A stretch of 64,000 nucleotides of DNA, taken from Lama guanicoe. Lineage: Eukaryota. Every line of letters begins with the position of its first letter. Position 1 is the stretch's first letter. This document shows, in pieces, positions 51,731-64,000 of the stretch. The notes beneath the pieces are model-generated. The model saw only the letters and a program-made list of their open reading frames with translations, was not told the origin of the DNA and did not search any database. Both the position numbers and the translations under genes were made by a program. Location: positions 5,321,220 to 5,385,219 of the forward strand of contig MU054323.1 in NCBI GenBank assembly GCA_013239625.1, given 5' to 3'.

Positions 51731-52679
51731 AAATGGGTTCCGCTTTAGTGTTGGCTTATCCTTGATAGTTTATTATGAATAATGAAAAGTCTAATTACTG
51801 TGAGAGAAGAAAGCAGGACCTCTGGTGGGAAAAGCAGAGAAGAGGATTCTAAGTTAGGAAATGGAAGGACAGCAACAGATGGGGTGGTTTGACGAGCAAC
51901 AAAGGAGGTACTAAAATCATTTCATTCCATTATGAGAAGCTGAGAGGATAACGCTTAGGAACAAGAGGGAAGCTGGGTGTATAACCCTTGGGCCTCTTTG
52001 GGGTCTATTCCTTCAGCTAGCGATAAATGGAAGTCTTAGGGACACGCTTTCCGAGAAAAACCTCCTAACACATCACTGTCCAATCAATCGGAGGTCTTGA
52101 GTAGAGGGAGGTGATGAGGAGTCTAAAGTCATCCAATGAGATTGCCAAGCACTCGGAAAAAGCATGATGGCCACAGCACAGGCACTTATGTTAATGAATC
52201 TCTTCATTCCTAGTGTGTGTAGGAGACACACGGTTTTTCAATTGCTACATTACTTCTGAGAATTTAGCCATTTTTATCCAGTCTCCTTTGGTAATCACAT
52301 GAGTACACATTATCTGATGTAACTTTTCACAAAGGCACATCTGGAAATTTTGAGGTGACTTTTAGGTCAAATATAACATGGTTAAATATATCTATTATCG
52401 AAGTCCCATTTCAATCCATCCAAAAAAGGGCTTCTTTCTTTTTCTTCCAAGGATACCAGGTGTGCTTTTTACAGGTTTCATTGTACTAGAAGTCCCTGCT
52501 ATTTCGGGTGAATTTTGTTTTAGAGGTGTTGATTGTTTGCAGATGCTCAACACAAGACAACAGAAAAAAAGTTTTTAGAAGTACTTAAAAAAAAAGGTTT
52601 GAAAAGCATGCATAAAGAACTCAAAGCCACAGAGGGACACAGAGTCTAATAAAGTCAAAGTCTGGACTAGTTTAGTGTT

Positions 52680-52885
52680 TAAGAAAATGGGATTCTGGAT
52701 TCAAGGTTTGAAAGCTTGTTGTGCAATGTCGTCTGGGGCAAATGATCGATCTCTCCAAGTTCCCATTTCTTCTTCTGTGAAGATGAGAACTGACTCTGCA
52801 CTTAAGAGACCATTTGTGAGCAGTAAATAAGATAGTTTATGAAATGCAAGGCCATCCAGCGGCAAGCACTCAATAGATGCTGCTG
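52680..52885 (+). mobile_element. MIR SINE
   Basis: 'ctggggcaaatgatcgatctctccaagttcccatttcttcttctgtgaag...gcaagcactcaatagatg'. Confidence 0.7.
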
Positions 52886-54079
52886 CCCGTCACCGGTTCC
52901 TTCTGCTACTGCACATTTTCCCCAGTCATCTCTCTGGCTCCGTGGTAATTGGACCCAAGCATCAGACATTTGATATCAACCACCCAGTCAAATAAATCTT
53001 CAGGTCTTTGCTCTCCAATTTGGTTATTTACTTATAGAAGACATCAGCTGCTTTAAAAATCAACTAACTCTTTTGAGGCTTTAAAGGTCTTGCTTCACAG
53101 TCTTGTTTTACCAATATGTCTTAGTGATCCCAAAGACCTAGGCATCTCTAGGCAAAATCCCCCCATACAATGACTGTCTACAGAAGCAAACAACCACAGA
53201 CCTCCTCCACGACAATTCCATTTTTGGTTTTTAATTTGTTTCTGGTGTCTATCAGAGCCTCTGAACACACACTATCTTCTTCAGTTTAAATAAAACAAGC
53301 AGTGAAACCATGTAGCCTGGAAGGAAAAAAAAAAAAGACTCTGGAACCATTTAACAGCATTTTTAATTTTATAAAACTTAACACATTAATGATATGTAAT
53401 TTAACTTATGCAAACTGGGCCACTGGATAATCATATCTTGAATAATCCTTCTCCTTTATTAAAAAAAAATTAATAAAGTGAGAGTATTATGGAGCCTAAA
53501 GCCTTTTTTTTTTTCCATCCCAAATTATAAGTGTACTGCAACTGAAACATGTTTGGAAATAAAATCAATCCACCCGAGCCTTATCAAGGACAAATTGTAC
53601 CTCTCAGAGGACTGATGTTTGCGCACAGGCAGAGGGTGGGCAGCCCGAGCCTGACCCAAGGAGAGCGCGTCTTTAGAAACTGTGACTGCAGAGGTCAGAG
53701 GCTCAGAAATACGGAACAGTTGGCTTCTTATTGGCCTCCCCCAGTGTTTTCTCATCTTAGCTTATTTCATTTTCTTGGCAAATGTTAGTAGCACATCACT
53801 AAGTCTTTTTAACACTTCTTCATTCCTTATTATTTCAGTTTCAAGATCATTAATAAAACAGCAGCTTGAGAAGCAGCACCCCAGGCAATCCACAGTGATA
53901 GCAGGTAGGGTGGCTGCCCGATTTTCACAGCCATTAGCATAGATGAAGTTGAATTTCATAAACAGGGTATAAACGTCACGGAAGGATAACTAGGGATAAA
54001 CACTATTTTTTGCCCCTATTGAATGTTAACACAAAAAATAAATTTATAAAGATTCCAGTTTTTTCTATTTTCATTAAAG

Positions 54080-54335
54080 TTTACTTTCTTGTTATAAAAG
54101 CAGTTACACTCATATTAGAAAAACTGGGAAAATATGGAAATTGTAGAGAAGAAATTAGAATATTACCTAGTGTTCTAAGTTCCTCTCTTTCCAGATTTTT
54201 TGTACCCAGACTTCTTCAATATTTTTTCTTTTGCTTAATGTCTCATATATACTATAATTCTGTATCCTGTTTTTTCTCACTTAATGCTGCTGTGTTTTCC
54301 CCCTCTGTTTTTTGTACAACCTGGATATCTGGTTA
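54080..54335 (-). mobile_element. L1ME-like 3' UTR remnant
   Basis: 'gttataaaagcagttacactcatattagaaaaactgggaaaatatgg...ctgtatcctgttttttctcacttaa'. Confidence 0.55.
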
Positions 54336-54964
54336 GTGATATTTTTGTGACACAGTAAGTCCTCCGTTGGTCAAATTAACTGCTGGATTTTCTCCCAAAA
54401 CAGATAACTAATTCACAATCAGAATTTGTTTTCTTTATTCATCCTTAAGTTTTCCCGAGCTGACATGAACCCTCTCCCGTGACTTGCCTCTAGAAACAGC
54501 CCCAGTTGGAGGTACCTAATGTTACCAGAACTCGCACTCCATCTGGGACACCAGCCCCAGATGGTGGGTATGAGACAATTGTTTCCATCTCTGCTGAAAC
54601 TGAAGCATGTTTGGGAGTTAAATAAATCAATCCAAACTTTGTCAAGGATTAGGCATACCTCCTTGGAAATGAAGCTAAATGCTCAGACTTTTCAGCCATC
54701 CTTATGTCACTTCCAGACACAAACATTTGGTTTCCATTTTAGCCAGTGTAAATGCCTCCAAGACGCCAATATTATCTTCCACTGCTGGAAAGCACTGCTT
54801 AATAATATACAGAAAATTTCACTGCCTTTTAGCTATAGTTTAACTGTAGTTATAAGGGATATTAGTTACAAATGTATTTGATATTAACTTCTAACCCTGT
54901 ACTTAATTAACTTGGTATTAATTAGGATAGGTATTAATTAGTATTGATCAGTCTTTTAGGGATT

Positions 54965-55575
54965 AATCTTTCTTGGTTCCTGAGCCACTGTTCTCTTGCC
55001 TCTCCTCTGATCTCACTGACTGCCAACCTCCACATGCAACGTTCCTAAGGGTTCAGCCTCTGAACCTCTCCTCTCCTATCTCCATTCTTCTTGGTGACCC
55101 ACTGACTCTTAAGACTCTAATGCTTCCCATAGGCTGACCATTCCAAAACATCCAGCTCCAGTGCTGAACTTCAGATTACAATAATTATCTGCTGAACATC
55201 TGCAAATTCAGCGTCTTTATTTGAATATCTTACTGACCTCTCAATGCACTTGCTCCAACTACTGAGCCCAGAAAGCCCAAGAGGCTTGCTTCCAGCTTCC
55301 TCCGAGTTAACCCAACTGCCGACTGGCCAGAAAGGACTTCCCGCTAAGGGGCGACTCTTTCCCTAGCCCCCACCCACTTCGCCCTTACCCTGCTCTGACG
55401 TTCTACAGGTCTTTCCACCATCGGCATTTTGTAGAGTCACTTGTTTACTTAAATTGTTCTCTGCCTGGAATATACTCTCCAGGAGCAGGGCCGTTGTCAG
55501 GTCTGTTCACTGCCACGTCCTAGTCCCTAGAACAAAGCCTGGCCCATGGTTGGCATGAAAGAAAGGATGAATGTG
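54965..55575 (+). mobile_element. L2 LINE fragment(s)
   Basis: 'gttcctaagggttcagcctctgaacctctcctc', 'ccaggagcagggccgttgtc...gttcactgcc...cctagaacaaagcctggc'. Confidence 0.75.
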
Positions 55576-56814
55576 ACACAGTCCAACAGCAGATACTCAC
55601 ACAGATATTCCAGCTCTGTCCCAGAGAGGCCAGTATGACTTAGGTTCTTTCTGTCACACTGTGGATTATTCTTCATGAAACTGTTCAAGATCAGCTAAGC
55701 CTTGAATCCCCATCATGTGCACTCTAGTCCATTAACATCATGGTTTTATACTCTAAGCAGAAAGCCCCATGGAAAATGTATCCAGGTGTCTACACAGTGG
55801 TGTAAGTTTTACTTCTGACTTCAAATGAGAAACTGAAGGAAAATCTAAGAGAAGTTCTAAAAGTCATAATATATTTCATTTATTCATTCATCCCTTCACA
55901 AGAATATGGTAAGTACCTTCTATGTACAAAGCTCTGTAGCTGTGATCTTAGTTACAGAAGCAGCTTAAACATTAAGCAAACTTGTCCAAGCTCAAATATG
56001 TTGATGGAAGGACAAGAACCCAATCGTCCATCTCCTATGTCCTTAATCTCCAATTTATTTCTAGTGACACTGATATGAAGTCTTCATAGCTTCAATCTGG
56101 GCAGTTGCCTACCCTGTGCCTGGCACTGGGCTCAGCCCTGGGTCCTGTGTGAATCTAAGAAATGGTGCCTATTCCCATAGAATCACAGGTTTACTGTAGA
56201 AATAAAACTAACAGGCCTGAAAGAATTCGAGTTTCCCGTTGTTTAAGGCAGGAGTTTTCAGAAATAGGAGGGCCGAGACTGGGGCTGTGAAAGAAGATTC
56301 CTGGACCAAGGAGGGTGCTTCTTATCTGTCCTTGTCCCACAGTCTCTTCCTGTATTTTCAGCATTTTATTTCCTTGCTGAAAATCACTCTATGCAGACCT
56401 ACTGTCCTTTTGCATCTGCAAGACAGTGAAGTCACTGGGAGAGTCTAAACTAGCTGGAGGAAGGTTTGCCCACAGGTAATTCTTGGACACTTCTGAATGG
56501 AGCATGAACTGTTTTGCAGGCCTGGACTTGTGTTTCCTCATAAGGTTCTCTCTGGGTTCTTTTCAAGCCTGGAGCTATGTTCATCCTCCAAAAATCAATA
56601 TGCATGAATGAAAGGCTTAAGAGACAACTTTCAGAAATTTGTAAGGTAATTTGTTTCTTCAGGATACTGGCAAATATAAAAGCAACCCTCTTCCCTAGCC
56701 CTACAACCACCCATTTCATGAAATTACGTTTTCCAGTTTGACCATAAGGTAAATTTTAACAGTATCCGTTTCTGAATACCATAAAGCAAGATGAGTCACT
56801 GAACGAAGAGAAGG

Positions 56815-56920
56815 AATAACAATAATAGACAATTTTATTAAGCACTTGCTATGTCTGAGATACAACTGCAGATACTTCGTATGTTTTAACCCATCTCATC
56901 TTCACAATATATTAGAGCAG
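56815..56920 (-). mobile_element. MIR tail fragment
   Basis: 'aataatagacaattttattaagcacttgctatgtc...atctcatcttcacaat'. Confidence 0.6.
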
Positions 56921-57804
56921 ACTTGTCATGAGCTTAGATGTATGAGTCTATATGAAACACTCTGTGTTAACCCTCCCTGAAATCTCATTAATTTAGGCTC
57001 TCTTCCAAACACACTGACATCTAGGAATCTTAGGGAAAAATTCTAACATTCTAGTTGTCAGGAACATTTTGGACCATACTGAACAGAAGAATGCCTCCAG
57101 TCACCTATTAATTATTCCAAATGCTCTAATTTTGAAACCAGCTGTGTGATCCCAAAGTGCAACATGTGAACTCTGAAATTTCTGGGTCTCTTTTCAACAA
57201 AAAGGGCAGGCTCCAGGGAGAAGACATTTACTGTTGAGTGCGTTTAGATGAAAACTGACATTTCTTACGGGAGTGCGTTAGCCTGGGCTAGTGCGGTGTG
57301 AAACGAGACCACGGATTCATAATTTAACAGTTCAGTTTTCAGCAGAGGTGGTGACATGAACACGGAATGTTCACACTCAAAATCATTTCCAGTTCCATAA
57401 AGAGATGCCTAAGATGGAGAATCGTGTAGTTCAGAAGGAGTAATGACAAGGGAATACAGCTTTGAAGAGGAGACAGGAAAAATTAGTATTGAATTTAAAA
57501 ATTTAAAAAAAAAGAGTAGTTTCAGCCACGTCTGTTCTTTAGAATAAGCCTCTCTTGAACAGACAATGTTTCAAGCACACAACAGCTTTAATTTTATGCA
57601 GATTACATATTTACACGATAATAAAATGGAAACTGGCTTGGTGAGGACACTTAGTGACTAGGACAGAATTATTAATCGATGTCTGTCTAAAGCTGTCACA
57701 TCAATTACTTGAAGCCAGATTGGTCCCATTGTCATCCAAATTCTCTTCAGGACTGTATTTTACAATCAAAAAATGGATGAGATATAGCCAAATCCCAATG
57801 GGAA

Positions 57805-57862
57805 GCAAGAAAGGAAGGGAGGGCGGGAGGGAGGGGAAAAAGGAAGGGAAGAGAAGAAAGAA
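57805..57862 (+). repeat. Purine-rich low-complexity tract containing a G-quadruplex motif
   Basis: GGGAGGGCGGGAGGGAGGGG at 57817-57836. Confidence 0.85.
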
Positions 57863-58604
57863 CTCTCTTAAATGTCTTCACAGAGCAGACGCACAACAAA
57901 CACATGTCCCTTGAACCATCTCTGTCCACGCTGCTGGGTGGGCAGCCTGCCTCACAGCTGAACCATTTTGCAGGCCTGGCCTGACTTGTCATCTAAGACA
58001 ATGCCCCAGTAGGCAAATCTGGAGTAGCATTTTCTTATACCCTGATTGATTTTAATCAGCCTAGTTCTGAACTTTTTTTTTTTCCTGTTAGTATTAAGAC
58101 AGATCACCAAAAGAGAAGGCAGGATTTCCATTACAACTGAACAAATTTTAGAAGTAATTTGGCTTTGCAGATTTATCTGTGACACCACTGTCAAGACCTG
58201 TAAGTTATTATCAGGCCCCTCCTCCAGCTTCACATTTTCTTGGGCTTTTTTTTTTTTAAGACTATCTACACATTCAGGTAGAAGGAAGGAAAACGTTGAC
58301 CTCTAAATCTCCTTGAAACTCCTAGACTTGGAATCAAGTTCTCTTTAGTTCATCTTTATAGAAGCTAGAATTTTCCTGCCTTGCACAGGAACTTGACCCT
58401 TCCTACACATGAGATTTGGCACCTTCATTACCAATTTCTTTCAGATATACCTTTTCTCCATGCCCCAGCCCTAATAAGAAAAGATAAACCTCAAAGGAAG
58501 CTTAAAATATTTAATGACTTTGACTTTTAAACATAACCCAGATTAGACAGTGATGTCAAGTGATAATTCAGTAGACCAAAATACAAAACGGAACAAAAAC
58601 TTAC

Positions 58605-58654
58605 TCTTTTATAAAGTTTAACTCTAGTAAACGCTCACAGATTTCAGGCTTTAG
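58605..58654 (-). other. Candidate spliced exon (50 nt)
   Basis: Minus-strand acceptor 'ttttacactgtctcttttcccttctcgcag|' and donor 'AGA|GTAAGT'. One frame is open (LKPEICERLLELNFIK); no recognised protein. Confidence 0.33.
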
Positions 58655-60914
58655 CTGCGAGAAGGGAAAAGAGACAGTGTAAAATTTCAGATTACATTCA
58701 AGTACAGACAATGCATAAATACAGTAATTCCACCAAGTAGAATGTGATGAAAATGCATTTATTTAAAACCATATTAAATATTAAGAATATATTATACACA
58801 TATTATGTAAAGGAATAAAAAGTACACCTGTGGAAAAATTGACCTAAGTTATATGGTTATGAGATCGTTTTTTAAATAATCTTTAAAAAAATTTCTTAGC
58901 TAAATTTAAAGGGGAGAGAGAGCAGAAATCAGGGCCAAAATGAAACCACAGGAAAAGTATGGTTAGGACCCCATGGACTGACACTTCCCTTGCTGACATG
59001 GGCTGCCACCACCATGAAGATGAATTCTAAATAGTTTTTGCATCGCTGTGTCTCTGGGGCAGGAGCAGTCAACTGGCAAAGCCTAGCAGTTCAGATTGCA
59101 CTTTTTCGTCAGAGGGGAGGGGAAATGGAGTCTCTGGCTTCCTTTAGATACCAGCATCAGGCCTTCCATCAAGATTCACAAAAGTGAAACACCCCCCAAA
59201 TAGGAAGGGTTTGAGACATTTCAGGCAGACTAAACAGGACAAATGTCCCCTACTTGAAACCAGCTTAAGTGCTCAGTGTGAAATGTTGGATTATTTAAAA
59301 GAGAGATTTCACTGTATTCAAGTAGAGACAATGCATGAGAAGTGTTCCCTGGCAGAAATCTACTTGAACTTGCTTTAATGAGTATGAAAGATGCACCTAC
59401 TTGGCACACACAGTCTAAGTCCTTAAAACTAACCTGGTTTTAGTTGAAACATACCTCCTTTCACTCTCAATTGTGGTCTTAGATTTATAAGACTAGTTCT
59501 TCAAGACTTGTACAGAGGAAAATGCAAACAAGTTGAGATGAAATTATTTGCTGTAGCTTTCAGTGGTCTGCACCCTGTGTGTGTATGTGTATGAGAGGCA
59601 GGGCTAGAGATGCGGGGCAGACTGGTTTTTGTGTGAGAACGAATGGATGTGGTTAATAGTTTCCTTATGATTAACACTAACTACTCATGCCTGTATTCAA
59701 TGAATATAATTCTAAGGCAATTAACTTGAAATGTTAACTTGAAACATTAGGATGTTTTAAGAATTATTATCAATACCAGACATCTTATTCTCTGATTCCT
59801 TTTTGATGGATATAAACTTTTGAATCCTGATTCAACCCAATACCTTACTTCATTTGATCCAAACATTAATGACAATCCTTAAATGCTCTATGTGCAACAG
59901 CAACTCTATGACTGTGTGGTGTTTACAACAGTGAGCAGAGAGAGAGAGAAATACGAAGAGTGGTTAAGATTGGCAGGTAATTAAATATTGAGAAGCAGCA
60001 TGTTAACGCTTTAGAGGTGATAAGTTTATGTCTGCAAGGGAGTCCAGGACTTCCATACCCTAAAGTACCTAACTTTAAAGCACCCTCACCCTTATCCTAC
60101 CCTGCTCCTTGCTTAAATGCTTCCTCTTCACTTCAATCTGCTTTCACTAATTACCAGTCATGAGAAACAATCTCACAATAGATATTTTCTCAAAATCAAA
60201 CAAAACCAACATGCCTGTAGGCAGAACATGGCTCAAAAATCTCCCTTATTCACCTTTCCCCTTCTCTTTCCTTCCCCTGAACTTAACATCAGTTAATGAT
60301 ATTGCTCCCCTTAAAGTCCAGGATCTGGTTCTCCAAACCCTCTTCTCTCAGGGTCCTAATCTAAAACAGTGTCAGCTGAACCTCTCATTAGCAAACAATA
60401 CATTATGTATGGGACTGTGTTATATTACAGAGGAAGGTAATTTGAGACTTTCAACTCTGATCTGATGGGATTTTAGCTAGTTGAAAAAGTACATTAGATA
60501 TCAAGTAACCTAACTGGGTAACATTTTATATTCATTAAAGTGTGTCACTGTTTATACTTTCAAAATGTATCCTCAGTCTTTGGAAACAGAGAGATGTATA
60601 TCCATGTACATACATGCAGAAATAGAAGTATATATACATATAGATAAACATTTTCCCCTGTAATAGCTAGATACTCTACACAGAGGAGCTATGAAGGTCT
60701 GAGTCATTGAAAATCATACAGATCGTAGGTATCAATAGTCTGGTTTCTACAGCAGAAATATTACTGTATGCAGCACTCACATATTCAGCATAATACCTTG
60801 TAATCTGACATTCCTCTGACTCCTCTAAATCTGACACTATATGGTTCTTATTCTGCTTAAGTTCCTTATCCTACAAAAAATTAAATCTACTGTTCACCTT
60901 CCTGTTATATTCAA

Positions 60915-61590
60915 TGACATTCAATAGTCATTTATGGAGCACTCACTACATGCCCATCTTTTAGCAAATGATTAAGAATAGAAACATTTCTTAAGGAAAA
61001 CAAAACAGAGGCTCTCCCTCCAAAGGACAACTGTCAGAGAGATGGAGAAATAAACAAGTGATTATACAGGCTGTGTATCATGTTACAGCAGGGAAACTCG
61101 AAAGGCTCTATGGAGGCAGAGAGGAGAGAAGACTTCTACCTGGAGTGGGGTCCAGAACCCTGCTACTGAGAAAGATCTGGGCAGCTGCGGAGGAAGAACA
61201 CCTTTGTAAGGCATTTGAACCTTACCCTGTAGATTTTAAGCAGGAGAGTGATGCGGCCAGACTTCAAGTTTAGAAACTTCACGTGGGAAACCGTCAAGGA
61301 TGGATTAGAGGAGGATGAGACAGAAGGCAGGAAAGCCAGTTAGAAGCTGAGGAGACAAGACAGACAAAAATCAGTGGCCAATGAGATGAGAGAGGAGAGG
61401 AGCTGAGAGTGAGTTGGAGTTTTCTGAGCTCATTGGGATGCAGAGTGAAGAAAGGAGGGGAGGTGATTCATTTGAAGACATGCCTTCTTTCTGAGCTTGC
61501 CTGAGGTCTGTGGGTTGCAGTGAAATACAGTGTGAGGGGCCATGTAGAGGCTTCAAAAAGTACAGGTGAAGTGAAGATGTTCAGACACAT
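60915..61590 (-). mobile_element. L2 LINE fragment
   Basis: 'attcaatagtcatttatggagcactcactac', 'ttttaagcaggagagtgatgcggccagactt...tttagaaa', 'ggcaggaaagccagttagaagct'. Confidence 0.75.
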
Positions 61591-61854
61591 TAAAAAGCAT
61601 GTTGGCTTTAGTGGACCAGCAGGGTCCTATTTTCCTTCTGGCCCTAAGAATGATTCCATGAGAAGTAATTATGTTTTGTGGGACTAAAACATCTCTCTCA
61701 AAGTTTGTTCCTTTGCAGGATGTCAAACAAACAGTTCCACACGCTCAGCAACTAAATGGGGAAACATAGGGACACCCTGACTTTGTACACCTCCTGTCTG
61801 AGCTGAAGTATAACTGATTTTCTTTCAATTCATTCTAAAGAATATGTTATCTCC

Positions 61855-61920
61855 ATTTCAATTCAATTCAATTCAACTAAAATTTATTGAGTGTCTACTT
61901 GTGATCATGCCTTGGGGTAA
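61855..61920 (-). mobile_element. L2 tail with (ATTCA)n
   Basis: 'ttcaattcaattcaattcaactaaaatttattgagtgtctac'. Confidence 0.6.
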
Positions 61921-64000
61921 AAGCGAGAGAAAGAAAGATGAGCAAGAAAACAGACGATGTGATAAAGGGAGGCTAAAATAAATTATTTTGTGGTAACATA
62001 TTTTGTGAAAGGTACTATGTACAACATCTGGTTAAAGTCAGAATCTCTGTCTTCAAGGGTAAAAGGGCCAAGGTGGGGGTGGGTCAAGAGATAAGGGAGA
62101 GGTAAGATAATTTCATTTTTAAATTTAAAATATTTAAATGAAAATTTTAATTTTTCCCTAAACTGAAGAAAGTAACTTTTAAATCATAACTGACATTAAA
62201 AGCACATGATTGATGTGTGTTGCAGGAATTGTGTACAGTTAATACAGAGATTTATCAGAAGCCAGCTGGTCTTTAACACAGGTAGGACTCAAAGGAGAAA
62301 TTTGAGCAAAGATTCATACCTGGGCAGCAATCAACAGGACTGAGAAATAATTTGAAAGCAACAAGTTGCTTATTTTCTCGAGGGAAACTATTCCCCTCCC
62401 CACTGAAAATCCCAGTAGCTCCTAACACAAAATAGCTTCTCTGCCTTATCACAAAGGCTCCAGGAGGCCCTTCTCCCTCATAGTTAATGCCATGTGCCTG
62501 CTCAAAAAGTAGCAGGCACACTCCTAACTCCCTGGCCCACTGGCTAGCAAACCATGCCTTCCATTTGCACCTGGGTCTCACTTGTCTCTCCTTTAAGTAG
62601 ATACAGCCATTCCCAAAACCATCCTGGACACCAAACTGAACTCAGTTCTTGGAAGTTAATTCAATGACAATTTATGTAAAGCATCTTGCTCCTGCTTCGC
62701 ATTAAAAAAAAAACAAAGGAAACTACCAAAGGTCCTACTCACTGGTGGAAGATTTGGGACTCCTGATCACTGTTACCTAACAAGTTCACGGCTTACCTAC
62801 AGCGTCACCAGCCTGTAAGCAACACACCCAACAACCACGACCGTTGGGAGAAAGGTGCTACACGAAGAGAAATGGAGAATTACTGAAACCTAGGTGCTCA
62901 TCAATCTGTAATTTTTTTTTTTACACACAGAAGCAAACTCCTTATGTATGCTTAGCCTAACTGCTCGGAGTTCTGGTTGGTAAATACTGGGGAAGCGTGT
63001 GTGGAATCAATATGCCTATAAAGGCATGAAATACAATTTAGGGAAGGTCAGTAGGCAGAATGATTCTAAAGGGAAAAATCCTTCCTTCAAAGGTGTAACA
63101 ACATTTAGTCACATCTTCTCCTGAAATAACGCACCCCATAGTTATCCCTCTAGGAAGGGAGTCTATGTAAACCAGAGCATTCCACTTTGTGCTGCCGGAG
63201 TCACAGAGTATACCAGATGTTCATGATCCCAAGGCTCAACAGCATGATGTTCGTGAGTATTTCATAAACCTCAGTATTGGAAGGATTCAGCACCTACTGC
63301 TTTCTTTCCCTACTCCGAAAAAAAAATTTATACATTATATTTCACTGTACCAATTTTATTTTTAAAAAGGTAGCTGCCTTTATTTAAATACCACGATTCA
63401 TCTTATAATGGTATTTAAGGGGCTTTTGTGGCACTGTGCCAGATTTATATTATTAGAACCTAGGCGTTTGCAAATGAACCTCTTTCAATTAGTGTTTCAG
63501 GAAGCAATTAAACTGTCTAAAGTGTATTAATGAATACACTGGAATTGGGAAGCCGATCCTCCTAATACCCCCATTATTAATGCACCATCTGCTCTGCTGC
63601 CTTAGGAGCATCCGGGATCTCTAACCTCAGGTCCACAAAACCCAATCATTTATTCAGAAAGGTCACAGAAGCATAAGTTTGTAATCAGGCTTAATATTCT
63701 ATACAATACATAATATTATTGATTAAGCACATATATTTTTCTTGGAATTTTTTATGGAAGCAAATGAAGCTGCATATGGGTTCTTCTTTTTTTCTTTTCA
63801 TTCTATATTATGTGTCAAAACACTAACAGCTCTGTGAATATATTCCTGGATCTGATATTCCTGCTAAAAGCATGAGTTCTGTATGTACCTCCTAAGATTT
63901 TTAAGGATATCATTAGGATCTCTGATGAGGTTGTCTTTTTTTTTTTCATTAATGAAGGATGTTGCTAGTTGCTACCGTGTGGCAGGCTTTTTCACAGGGA

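Noticed and set aside
57265..57335. Faint resemblance to a tRNA-derived SINE head
   Set aside because: No clear A/B boxes or cloverleaf; too degenerate to call.
1..64000. Prokaryotic-type systems (CRISPR arrays, operons, defence islands) or a non-retroviral endogenous viral element
   Set aside because: The sequence is mammalian and repeat-rich, with no regular repeat-spacer array, long ORF or virus-like coding segment that I could recognise.

Overview
This is eutherian mammalian genomic DNA, AT-rich and CpG-depleted, and appears intronic or intergenic. I found no protein-coding gene, tRNA, rRNA, CpG island or CRISPR array. The listed ORFs are short and most overlap repeats or start at non-ATG codons. 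Much of the window is old interspersed repeat (L1M-type LINEs, L2, L3/CR1, MIR, MaLR/MER31 LTRs, hAT and Tigger DNA elements). Two younger ERV1-type solo LTRs keep perfect 4-bp target-site duplications. A Tigger2a_Art-like element together with no recognisable young SINEs suggests a camelid-like artiodactyl (inference). The most unusual unique-sequence signal is a tandem double hairpin at ~4535-4640, whose two different perfect stems share the same AA-ACCG-TT loop. Also notable are candidate small exons on both strands, a 32-bp-spaced CCAAT pair inside an old L1 5' end, and several CpG-retaining patches that may be regulatory. Repeat names come from remembered consensus sequences, not a search, and repeat boundaries are approximate unless a TSD or TIR is given.
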